Source of the DNA: Nitrososphaeria archaeon
Lineage (GTDB): Archaea > Thermoproteota > Nitrososphaeria > JACIWG01
Assembly (NCBI GenBank): GCA_050011875.1
Contig: JBEKIG010000011.1
Span: 64,001 to 128,000, forward strand
Direction: 5' to 3'
Length of the DNA stretch: 64,000 bases
The notes below the pieces were generated by a model. That model had not been told where the DNA came from. It saw only the letters and a program-made list of their open reading frames with translations, and made no database searches. Made by a program: the position numbers and the translations under genes. Below are positions 30,942 through 40,221 of this stretch, one piece after another (positions within the stretch are counted from its first letter, which is position 1; each line of letters opens with the position of its first letter).

Positions 30942-31373
30942 CTACTCCCTAACCACAAAAAGCGTTCTTCTAGTCATGGAGTATAGCAATGGACAGACTT
31001 TGCTATTCAATCTATAAAATCGTCCATCCTTTTCGACGAAACCGAATTCGAGCAGCCTCTTCAAAATCCTATAGGCTGTTGTCCTATCACACCTTAATGT
31101 TTCTACTACATCTTTTACCGTAAGATCCTTCGTCATAACCATCGTCCCAACTACGAGGATGGATTTCCACACCCTCTTTCTTCCATAAGAGGCAGCTTTT
31201 ATCAGTATTTGAATTTCATCCGTGAACTTTTTCATCTCGTATGATGGTGGGAGACGTGAATTGAGCTCCTCCCTCATAACTTTAGAAATGACTTTAGAAA
31301 TCCTGCTACTTACCCTATCGGATAAACTGTCTGCTAAACGGTCTACATCTATTTCCCCATTCACTTTCACCAT
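30942..31373 (-). CDS. Winged-HTH transcriptional regulator
   Basis: LTVKDVVETLRCDRTTAYRILKRLLEFGFVEKDGRFYRL. Confidence 0.8.
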   Translation of the reverse strand: MVKVNGEIDVDRLADSLSDRVSSRISKVISKVMREELNSRLPPSYEMKKFTDEIQILIKAASYGRKRVWKSILVVGTMVMTKDLTVKDVVETLRCDRTTAYRILKRLLEFGFVEKDGRFYRLNSKVCPLLYSMTRRTLFVVRE

Positions 31374-31460
31374 TTTCTAATTTCTAGAGGATGGGAGTGA
31401 TACCTGTATCATCATTCATGCTTATTGCCATCTTTCTGACCTCCACAAAAACATCCTAGA

Positions 31461-31496
31461 GGACGATATTAATTGGATGAAGGACCTTAGGGGAGA
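31461..31496 (-). promoter_or_regulatory. Duplicated promoter element, copy 2 (upstream of wHTH gene)
   Basis: GGACGATATTAATTGGATGAAGGACCTTAGGGGAGA. Confidence 0.85.
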
Positions 31497-31518
31497 AGGT
31501 GGGGTTAACACCGTCTTT

Positions 31519-31803
31519 CTAAATATACTCCGACTCCTTGAAGAAACCGTATAGAACCCGGACTACGGGGTTGTCTAGGTTGATCTGGTACCTGAGGTGT
31601 ATGGCCCTAAGCTCCTTTACCCAGTTGATGTTGGTAAGGTGCCTGAGGTTCTCGTTCAGATCGCTTCGCTTTAGCCCTGTACCCTTTATGAGGGAATATT
31701 TGGTGAGGGATTCGTTAGGTTTCTTGGCCAACTCTGCCATAACCTTTATCCTGCCTATTGTTCCAAGGCCCTCCTCAATTTCTCTTTTACGATTGACGTA
31801 CAT
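31519..31803 (-). CDS. Small archaeal wHTH protein overlapping the cdc6 3' end
   Basis: GRIKVMAEL...LTKYSLIKGTGLKRSDLNENLRHL...YQINLDNP. Confidence 0.75.
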   Translation of the reverse strand: MYVNRKREIEEGLGTIGRIKVMAELAKKPNESLTKYSLIKGTGLKRSDLNENLRHLTNINWVKELRAIHLRYQINLDNPVVRVLYGFFKESEYI

Positions 31804-32983
31804 TCAGCCCAGTCTCCAACCGGTTGAACAAACTATCCAAGAAGAGTCCAAGGTTTTCTGTTGGCACACCGCTTATGCCTATCTCTTTGAGAGAACGTAT
31901 TTCGATTATCCGCCTGTCGTGTAGGTCCTGAAGGTAGTCGTCAAGGTCCTCAGTTGGCTTAAGGTGCATGTCTTCACATATCATCCCACAATTGAGACGT
32001 ATATCCCTCATTGAGGTGTAGGTCTTCCTCGTGTTTCTGAGCGATTTGACCACAGCGAGAAGTGCTATAAGGTGCTCCTTTTTGGGGAGGTTCAGAATAT
32101 CTTCTTCTGTGATCGAAGGATGAGTTTCCCCGTGCACTCTGCGGACATGGTCTGGCAGAATCTGTTCAGCTCCCTGGTTCTCTGCTAGGTTACCTGAATA
32201 TAGAAGTAGGTCAAGGGCATATCTTAGGTCACCGTTCACAGGAGAGCTTACCGTTAAGTCTGCTACATATTCTAGAACTTCATCCGATACAACTCTCTGC
32301 TGAAAAGCCTCCTTGACTCTGTCAGCTAGGATGTCAACGATCTCAATGGAAGTATAGGAGGAGAACTCTATTGGAATCCTACCGAGTGTGCTAAGTTCGG
32401 CTCGATCAAGCCTTTCTTGGAAGTCCTTGCTTCTTGCAGTGAAGATAACACCTAACACGTTACATGGTTTTCCCAACTCAATTTCGTTGAGACGGGTTAG
32501 ATCATAAACCACGCCAGTATCCTTTGTACTCCTTATGAAGTAGTCAATTTCATCAAGTGAAATCAGCAGGTATCTTTTCCTCTCTCGAAGCTGTCGGAGC
32601 ATCACCCGCAACATTTCTTCTGCACTCAGACTGGAGGAGTATACCTCAGGAGCCCCAGCTTCCAAAAGGTACCTGTACAGCACTACTCTGCTTCCGCCTT
32701 GAAGCTTCAGGTTAACGTAGACATGTCTAATATCACGCTTCAGTTTCGCAGCGTCCTGCTCAAACCTCTGACCGAACCGGAGAACGCTGCTCGTCTTTCC
32801 GGAGCCAGCTGGTCCAACTATCTGAATAATCTTCAAGAGCGCTCTAGAAGGATCAGCCAAGGCTTCTCTGAAGGAATTGTAAAGGCTTTCAATCTGTTTC
32901 TCACGATGTGGCAAGATTAATGGTACATAGCGAGGAGACAGTTTCTCCCTATCCTTAAAGATCTTACTTTGAGCTCCTATCAA
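31787..32983 (-). CDS. cdc6: Orc1/Cdc6 family AAA+ ATPase
   Basis: IFKDREKLSPRYVP..LPHRE, GPAGSGKT, LDEID, GDLRYALDLL. Start set at TTG 32983 after GGTGGT. Confidence 0.92.
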   Translation of the reverse strand: MIGAQSKIFKDREKLSPRYVPLILPHREKQIESLYNSFREALADPSRALLKIIQIVGPAGSGKTSSVLRFGQRFEQDAAKLKRDIRHVYVNLKLQGGSRVVLYRYLLEAGAPEVYSSSLSAEEMLRVMLRQLRERKRYLLISLDEIDYFIRSTKDTGVVYDLTRLNEIELGKPCNVLGVIFTARSKDFQERLDRAELSTLGRIPIEFSSYTSIEIVDILADRVKEAFQQRVVSDEVLEYVADLTVSSPVNGDLRYALDLLLYSGNLAENQGAEQILPDHVRRVHGETHPSITEEDILNLPKKEHLIALLAVVKSLRNTRKTYTSMRDIRLNCGMICEDMHLKPTEDLDDYLQDLHDRRIIEIRSLKEIGISGVPTENLGLFLDSLFNRLETGLNVRQS

Positions 32984-33351
32984 ACCACCAACTAGTATAC
33001 TATTCAAAGATAATATCTTTTTAAACACGACTATGTTGTGTAAAGTTCTTGGCTTCAATACACTGTTTTTCCTGCTCAGAGGTAGATCCATCCCACTTTT
33101 CCTTCGATTCCTTGAATGTTCACCCTACGCGGTGTTTTCAGTCGAAATGAGCCGAGAAATACTGTCAGAAACAAACATAAACAAAAAGCAAGAATCAATA
33201 GGCCAAGAGGGCTCATGGGCAAACACGCCAACTAAAAAAACTAGCTAACATTGCTTAAACACATATTTCCTTAGTCTTTCTCCTTCTGTCTTCTCAATTT
33301 TTACTTCTAAAACCAGTAAATGAATTCTTTCAATGCCATTACAAATGAAAG

Positions 33352-33915
33352 TTATTTTCCTCTCCACGACCCCCTACTTGTTACGCTCACGCGAAGCTTA
33401 GAGAAGTCTTCTCTGATCCTAACATCAAAACCCATTGAGTTCAAGAGTGTCAGCAAGAACCTCTTGACGAACTCTTTCGAAGATTCCGACAGCAGAACGA
33501 GGGTGAACTCCCTATCCGATAGCTTAATTGTCTTAAAGAAATTGCAAGCCTCTAAACGTTCGAAGACGTTTTCTAAGGAGTTCCCTTTTGTAGCAAACTG
33601 TTCTGCGTGGGATTTCGCGATTTCTTCGTTATTTTGCCAGAAAACGTCCTTTTGAGAGGAAGTTTCGATCAGTTTAAGAAAGAGCAGCCAGTGGTCCATA
33701 TCAAGAATTACATGTTCCCCGCTGGAAAGCATATCTAGGTAAATGCCCAGTTTATTGAGCGTCTTATCCCCTGCCATTTCTCTGTACTCTTTTAAGAACC
33801 TGATCGCTTTTCTCACTAGTTCGCTTTGGGAGATTTTAAGTTCGTCTTTCATCTCTTCAAGTAGTCTAGCTGTGTCTTCATCAAGTGCACATGTTACTCT
33901 AATAGGAACAGCCAT
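33352..33915 (-). CDS. Ribbon-helix-helix (CopG-like) regulator with C-terminal ligand-binding domain
   Basis: RVTCALD...SQSELVRKAI; EHVILDMDHW. Confidence 0.8.
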   Translation of the reverse strand: MAVPIRVTCALDEDTARLLEEMKDELKISQSELVRKAIRFLKEYREMAGDKTLNKLGIYLDMLSSGEHVILDMDHWLLFLKLIETSSQKDVFWQNNEEIAKSHAEQFATKGNSLENVFERLEACNFFKTIKLSDREFTLVLLSESSKEFVKRFLLTLLNSMGFDVRIREDFSKLRVSVTSRGSWRGK

Positions 33916-34326
33916 ATAATACCAACTCCATAGTGCGGAAGGCTACTAGAAAGTGAAGTGCGGGTAGGATTCATGCTTATGTGATCACGCTGATAGTTGT
34001 ATTTCGTATTCCATCTTACTCCTTGCCATCCTGTTGCACAATTGAATCTGAGAAATGGGAGTTCACGAACTCCATGCATATATTCTCTGCTCTCTTGAAC
34101 GGAGTCGTTCTCCCTTCTTGCCATATTCAATGTCTCTTATTGAGCATTATTTAAGGTTATAGGAGATTTTCCGAGCAATATACATATGAAATGCTTAGAA
34201 CTATGTCATAACGATAGAAAAAGTGGAAGCACGACATGTGGGGAGAATCTTAAACTGGCACCTTGCTATCGACTAGCTTATTGTAGCATTCCTCAAAACT
34301 GTGCAACCATTAAGAAAATGCGCCAC

Positions 34327-34782
34327 TTATCCAGAGAAATTGTCGTAAAAGGAAGGATACGATTTGATGAGGACAAGATTAATGCGGAGCACATTCACGT
34401 AAGGGCTTCCGAAAATCCATAAAGTACCCTCTTCATTTTGGTTAACTAGGGCAATCAGCGAATTGGCTGAGATACCGGTTGCATTACTTATTCGCGGTAT
34501 CTGTGAGTAGGCATCTTGAATAGTGATATCCGGATCAACTCCTGAAGCAGAATCATTCCGTGCATGAAAGAAAATGGGCAAAGAAAAATTTTGAGAAATC
34601 AAGTTTGATCCAATCGCCCGTCCATTGACCTTCACAATCTCGCCGTTTGCTTGATACGGAAAAAATACTTGAGCTAGCGCGGTTATGAGAAGAGGGAAAA
34701 GCATACCACAAATTATCAGCGAAACAACTGCAAGAGTAACAATCGGTCTGAAACTCCATTTTTCCTTTTTTTCCAAACCCAT
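34327..34782 (-). CDS. kdpC: K+-transporting ATPase subunit C
   Basis: FPYQANG, GSNLISQ, SASGVDPDI, VNVLRINL. Confidence 0.92.
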   Translation of the reverse strand: MGLEKKEKWSFRPIVTLAVVSLIICGMLFPLLITALAQVFFPYQANGEIVKVNGRAIGSNLISQNFSLPIFFHARNDSASGVDPDITIQDAYSQIPRISNATGISANSLIALVNQNEEGTLWIFGSPYVNVLRINLVLIKSYPSFYDNFSG

Positions 34783-34794
34783 TTTCCATCATCC

Positions 34795-36975
34795 CTAAAC
34801 GTGGAAAACTCCTGTGAGAAGCAGGTCGATCAGCTTAATTCCTACGAAAGGCACGATGACGCCGCCAACACCATAAATCAACGCATTCTTCAGGAAAAGG
34901 GTCATGGTATCGGTAGGCTTGAACTCGATGCCTCGCATCGCAAGAGGGATCAGCAATGGTATGATGATCGCATTAAATATCAATGCAGACAAGACAGCGC
35001 TCTTTAGCCCAAGATGGAGTATGTTCAACGCCTGAAGTTGGGGAATGGCAGCACCAAACAGAACAGGCATTATAGCGAAATATTTTGCAACATCATTAGC
35101 AATGCTGAAAGTAGTAACAGCCCCACGGGTCATAAGCAATTGTTTCCCCAGCATGATGACGTCAATTACTTTTGCAGGATTAGATTCCAAATCAACCATG
35201 TTCGCAGCTTCTTTCGCTGCCTCAGTCCCAGAATTCATGGCCAGACCTACATCAGCAACCGAAAGGGCTGGAGCGTCATTAGTACCATCACCTATCATAG
35301 CTACAATAAGACCTTCAGCTTGCTCCTTTTTGGCGATGCTGAACTTGTTCTCAGGCTTCGCCTGGGCCACGTATTCATCGATTCCGACCTCATGCGCAAT
35401 GCTCTTTGCGGTCAAAGGCTGATCTCCGGTAATCATAACCGGACGTATCCCCATGGTTTTGAGAGCTTCTATTTTCTCCCTAATGCCTTCCTTGAGAACA
35501 TCCTTCAAGCGAATGACTCCGATGGCTTTGCCGTTCCGTGCGATGGCTATCGGTGTTTCCCCAGCCATTGAAATCTTCTCCACTAACGTGTCATAATTGG
35601 TAGGAACGGAAGGCAAAAGTTTCTTTATCGATTCCGGGGCACCCTTTATTATTTCGATTTCAGGTTCGGGAATAGAAGCAGCTGCTTTGGTTGCTGAGGA
35701 AGATTTTCTCCTGATTCGAAGCCTTTCGTCAATAGATTTGCCACCCTTCAGCAGCTTCATACCCAAGTGTTGAGTTATCTGCACTCCGCTGGTCCGCGTA
35801 CTAGCTGAGAATGGCTGAACTCTCGACGTTGACAGAGCATTTATTTCGTTGGGCACCCAGCCTCTTTCGTACGCGAGTCTAAGGATACTGCGCCCCTCAG
35901 GCGTATCGTCGTGCCAAGACGAGAGAAAAGCTGCTTCACCTACATCACGTTCGGTAAATCCTTCAAGCGGTATAAATTCGATTGCCAGCCGGTTCCCTAC
36001 AGTAATTGTGCCGGTTTTATCCAGACATACAACATCCGTATCTCCTGCAGTCTCAATAGCCTTGCCTGACTTTGCAATAATCTTATGCTTGTACAAACGG
36101 GACATTCCTGACAACCCAATTGCAGGCAATAATGCACCTATTGTTGTCGGCAGAAGGCAAACGTAAAGCGCTATGAGAACTGAAAGATCAGCATTAAGAC
36201 GAAGCGTAACAGACATTCCAAGCAACGCCACTATTATTATAGTGAAAATCGCAGTTAGACCAATTAGAACGATAGTAACTGCTACTTCGTTGGGCGTTTT
36301 TGGTCTCTTCGAAGACTCGACCATCTTTATCATCTGATCGATGAAAGTATCACCAGGGTTCGTAGTCACCTTCGCCGTCAAAGTATCACTAACCACTCGT
36401 GAACCACCAATCAACGCGTCCCCAGGCGCTTTCCTTACTGGCGCGGATTCGCCCGTGACGAGTGATTCATCTATCATAGCAATTCCCTCAAGAACATGAG
36501 CGTCCAAGGGAACTACGTCACCTTTCTCGAGAGCTATCAGATCGTCCTTTCTGAGCTCAGTTGATTTCACAGTGATAACTTTTCTAGCCCAATCCTCGGT
36601 CAAGATTTTCTTGCTAAGCACTTCTGTTTCTAGCTTGCGTAAGCTTCCAGCCGTTTGTTTTGCCTGTTGCTCCGCAAGGGCATCCGACAGGGTACTAAAC
36701 CAGACCGTAATAAGAAGGATGGCGGCTATTTCAACGTAGAAGATTTGCAGACTTGGACTCGCAACGGGCATAAAGGCCTTAGGAACAATAGCCATTGCCG
36801 CCACGATGAAGAATGTTATTTCGACGATCAGCATGACAGGATTCTTGACCAGCGACTTTGGACTTAGTCGGACTATTGAGTCAACCAGCACCTTTCTTGA
36901 AAAAGCCGATTTCAATCCTCCGGAAGCTGAATCTCTCTTCCGTGGTTCGATCTTAGAGGCATTACCCATAGCCAT
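34795..36975 (-). CDS. kdpB: K+-transporting P-type ATPase subunit B
   Basis: KNPVM, TGESAPV, LPTTIG, DKTGTIT, GDGTNDAPAL, TTFSIANDVAKYF. Confidence 0.97.
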   Translation of the reverse strand: MAMGNASKIEPRKRDSASGGLKSAFSRKVLVDSIVRLSPKSLVKNPVMLIVEITFFIVAAMAIVPKAFMPVASPSLQIFYVEIAAILLITVWFSTLSDALAEQQAKQTAGSLRKLETEVLSKKILTEDWARKVITVKSTELRKDDLIALEKGDVVPLDAHVLEGIAMIDESLVTGESAPVRKAPGDALIGGSRVVSDTLTAKVTTNPGDTFIDQMIKMVESSKRPKTPNEVAVTIVLIGLTAIFTIIIVALLGMSVTLRLNADLSVLIALYVCLLPTTIGALLPAIGLSGMSRLYKHKIIAKSGKAIETAGDTDVVCLDKTGTITVGNRLAIEFIPLEGFTERDVGEAAFLSSWHDDTPEGRSILRLAYERGWVPNEINALSTSRVQPFSASTRTSGVQITQHLGMKLLKGGKSIDERLRIRRKSSSATKAAASIPEPEIEIIKGAPESIKKLLPSVPTNYDTLVEKISMAGETPIAIARNGKAIGVIRLKDVLKEGIREKIEALKTMGIRPVMITGDQPLTAKSIAHEVGIDEYVAQAKPENKFSIAKKEQAEGLIVAMIGDGTNDAPALSVADVGLAMNSGTEAAKEAANMVDLESNPAKVIDVIMLGKQLLMTRGAVTTFSIANDVAKYFAIMPVLFGAAIPQLQALNILHLGLKSAVLSALIFNAIIIPLLIPLAMRGIEFKPTDTMTLFLKNALIYGVGGVIVPFVGIKLIDLLLTGVFHV

Positions 36976-38620
36976 TCACCAACCCTTTAAAGAATGACGA
37001 AATCGGCCCTAATGCCAAGAATGGGAAGAAAGTCAAAACAACCAGTATGATGATGCTTGCGACTAGGACTATAGTGAATATTGGGCTGTCAGTCCTTAGA
37101 CCTGATGTACCGCCACGTTTTCTCCCAATCATTGAGCCCGAGAGCGCAAGAAGGATCATGATGGGAACATAACGCCCAATGAAAATAACTATGGCAGTGC
37201 TCAGGTTGAAGAAGAGAGTGTTTCCTGATGCCCCCAAGAAATCGGAACCGTTGTTTGCAGCAGCTGTCGTAAATTCATACAAAATTTGAGTGTATCCAGT
37301 AGAGCTACCGCTCACGCCGATAGCCGAAGCCGCACCTGAAGCATATGCGACAACAGTAGGGATCAGGATAATAATTGGGTGGATTAGAAAAGTTATCATA
37401 ACAAGCAGCACATCTCGCCCAGTGATCTTAATTTCCAAGTATTCAGGCGTTCTACCGGACATGAGACCCACAATGAAGACAGTTATGATAATGAACATCA
37501 CCATGTACATCATGCCAACACCCTTTCCGCCAGGGATCGACTGAACGAACATGCCCATGAACGCCGAAACTATCACCAGCGGATGCATCGCCGACAACGA
37601 AGAGTTTACAGACCCAGTCGTAAAGGCAGTAGTTATGACAGTCCAAAAAGTGGACATGAAACCTCCAAACCTCGTTTCAATACCAGGCGCAACGAGTGGA
37701 ATGCTCGGAAAGGAGGCTATCGCTAAATTAACTCCGATAAGAATCAACGCACCCCACAAAAGAGGCCTAGATTCCCGTCTCTTACCAAGCAACTCTCCGA
37801 AAACAAAACACAAAGCAAAAGGAAGCAGCATCATCAATGCAATCTCAAATATGTCTGAGTAAGGGCTCGGATTCATGAATGGATAGGCAGCGTTCGCGCC
37901 ATAGTACCCGCCGCCGTTGGTCCCCAACTGCATAATTGACGTAAGGCTCGCCACAGGCCCGATAAGGATCGATTGTGTGGTTCCTTCAACGGTTTTCACA
38001 GCAGAGTAGGCATTAAGACTTTGGGGAACACCCATTGCGACAAGAATAACTGAAGCAATAATGCAAAGGGGCAAAAGGATTCTGGTGATGGTTCTAACAA
38101 AGTCAACAAAGAAGTTCCCCATATCTTTGGAACCTACGATGAAACCCCGTACCATGGCGATTCCCATGCATATGCCAGTCGCAGCAGAGATCCATTGAAG
38201 AAATTGAATGGCAGTCATCTGACTAAAAATAGAAAGCGTGGTTTCACCATTGTAATGTTGAAGATTCGTGTTTGTGGCAAACGAGACAACCGTGTTAAGG
38301 GCCAAATCCCAACTTAGGCCAGGAAAGCCTTGAGGATTAAGAGGCAAGTGGCCTTGAAAAACTAAGATTAAAAAGCCAATTACCATTTGTGTGACGTTAA
38401 GCAGAAGGCCAGAAAGGAAGTACTGCTTCCAGCCCATCACCTGGTCAGGGTTCACACCGCCCATTTTGTAAATAAAGTTCTCAACAGGACTAAGTATCTT
38501 ATCTAAACGGTTTGGAGATCGGGTGTAGACTCGCGTTATGTACGGCGCAATCAGCTTCGCAAGAGCCACAGTCACGCCGAGTATCAATACTACTGCCAGA
38601 ACTTGAACTGCATCTATCAA
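36962..38620 (-). CDS. kdpA: K+-transporting ATPase subunit A
   Basis: TNTNLQHY, LGTNGGG, GRTPEYL, AANNGS. Confidence 0.96.
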   Translation of the reverse strand: MIDAVQVLAVVLILGVTVALAKLIAPYITRVYTRSPNRLDKILSPVENFIYKMGGVNPDQVMGWKQYFLSGLLLNVTQMVIGFLILVFQGHLPLNPQGFPGLSWDLALNTVVSFATNTNLQHYNGETTLSIFSQMTAIQFLQWISAATGICMGIAMVRGFIVGSKDMGNFFVDFVRTITRILLPLCIIASVILVAMGVPQSLNAYSAVKTVEGTTQSILIGPVASLTSIMQLGTNGGGYYGANAAYPFMNPSPYSDIFEIALMMLLPFALCFVFGELLGKRRESRPLLWGALILIGVNLAIASFPSIPLVAPGIETRFGGFMSTFWTVITTAFTTGSVNSSLSAMHPLVIVSAFMGMFVQSIPGGKGVGMMYMVMFIIITVFIVGLMSGRTPEYLEIKITGRDVLLVMITFLIHPIIILIPTVVAYASGAASAIGVSGSSTGYTQILYEFTTAAANNGSDFLGASGNTLFFNLSTAIVIFIGRYVPIMILLALSGSMIGRKRGGTSGLRTDSPIFTIVLVASIIILVVLTFFPFLALGPISSFFKGLVNGYG

Positions 38621-38730
38621 TTATTCCCAAACTCCAAAGTCTAGCAAACCAGTTCACTATGGCTCCCTTCCTCCATTATAGCAGCGATATTGATCTTAAC
38701 ATTTTGATCTCCGCCTCATTAATCAAGAAA

Positions 38731-39018
38731 TCAAACTAACGTTAACCGTGACATTTCCTCTACACATTTTGGCCCTTTATGAGCCTTGAGAACAATCGAG
38801 CTAACCGTGCTTTTGACACCTTTAATCTTCATTATCTTATTCTTCAGGACGTCCCTGAACTCTTCTATGTCATCCGCGGAAACGAGAATAACAATGTCTT
38901 CTTCACCCGTTACCTCATAAAGCTCTTCGAGATTTTCAGGCAGCTTTAAAGATGATATGACATTATCCATTTCAGTAGATTCCACGAAGATATCAACGAA
39001 AGCTAAGAGTTTTGGCAT
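38731..39018 (-). CDS. Lrp/AsnC ligand-binding-domain protein (copy 1)
   Basis: LYEVTGEEDIV, KIKGVKSTVSSIVL; no HTH. Confidence 0.85.
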   Translation of the reverse strand: MPKLLAFVDIFVESTEMDNVISSLKLPENLEELYEVTGEEDIVILVSADDIEEFRDVLKNKIMKIKGVKSTVSSIVLKAHKGPKCVEEMSRLTLV

Positions 39019-39050
39019 TTTAGGTCATCATCATTGTTTTTATTAGTATA

Positions 39051-40082
39051 TATGCTTTCATTCTTTTCTCCTCATTGATTTACTTTCCATCCCTTTTCGT
39101 TTGTGAGTTTTGGCATTTTAGTTCACTATCATTGCCATAATGGGCATATTGTACCCATATTTATCCTTTAATGTTTGGCGTGGTAGATTTGCTTTGGACG
39201 CTTGTGATAATAGGTTCTGTAGCTGTAATAACAATAAAGCTGCGTACCGAAATCAAAAATGATATTTGACCATGATAACTCATCATCTATTTGAGTTGGC
39301 CTCTAGCCAACACCAGTTTTTTAAAAAAAACCGCTTGGTAGATTTTAAAGAACAAAACTATGAAGGTAAACACCCTTTTCGGTTTTTTTCCCACAGCATG
39401 TCTTTCCTCAAATGATGCATAGGGAATGCTTTTTGCATTCTTCTTTGAAAAAATCTTCTTCAATAATTTTTAATGATGATATGTTTCCATGACAGTACTG
39501 CAATGACCCTCAACTCATGCATTTCTGGGAAAATCTTAGCCACCAAGATTTCCTTATACTTTGGCTAGCAACCAACTATGAATGGTTCTGTTCTGAAAAA
39601 CGTAAGGCGCTAGAAGCCCACATATTTTAGAAAAATAGAAGTGGGATTGTCTGAGAATTTTCACAGAGACCCCAATTGTACTGGCTGAATCGGCTTGGGA
39701 CTCGTTTGAAAGCTACTCCCAGATAACTGCTTGAAGGTTAAACAGGTGTTAGTACAATAGATGTTTCCGTGCGAATGACGTCTGGGTCTTTTTCGACTAC
39801 CCTGTACACTATTTGGTTTATGTTCTCAAGGGCAGGGGCCTCAATAATCATGACTGCATCGTATTGGCCAAATATGGCATCTGCTGAGATCATTTCTTTG
39901 GTTTTCTCTTTTATTCTCTTGACTACTTCCAACGAGGTTCCAGGTTTTGTTCTTATTAGAATGTATGCTTTCATTCTTTTCTCCTCATTGATTTACTTTC
40001 CATCCCTTTTCGTTTGTGAGTTTTGGCATTTTAGTTCACTATCATTGCCATAATGGGCATATTGTACCCATATTTATCCTTT
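39051..40082. repeat. 119-bp exact direct repeat (39051-39169 and 39964-40082)
   Basis: Compared base by base. A variant of its right half lies at about 42649-42712. Confidence 0.92.
39738..39974 (-). CDS. Lrp/AsnC ligand-binding-domain protein
   Basis: MKAYILI...IFGQYDAV...VIRTETSIV. Confidence 0.85.
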   Translation of the reverse strand: MKAYILIRTKPGTSLEVVKRIKEKTKEMISADAIFGQYDAVMIIEAPALENINQIVYRVVEKDPDVIRTETSIVLTPV

Positions 40083-40221
40083 GAATTGGTGAGCATAATA
40101 ATGGAGGGAATTGTAATTTTCCTATTGGAAAAGATAGAGACAGATGAGGCGCTAGCTGCGAGATGCGCAGGAAGAATACCCTGCGTTTTCTTTCAAGAGG
40201 AAATTTTAGAGGCTAAAAAAG

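Noticed and set aside
32984-33350. Replication origin next to cdc6
   Set aside because: No ORB-like TTCCA..GGAAA..GGGG repeats or DUE arrangement visible.
33894-34422. Short ORFs between kdpC and the RHH gene
   Set aside because: No motifs or coding-like composition.
38620-38730. kdpF
   Set aside because: Only MLRSISLL* and non-hydrophobic short frames; no KdpF-like peptide.
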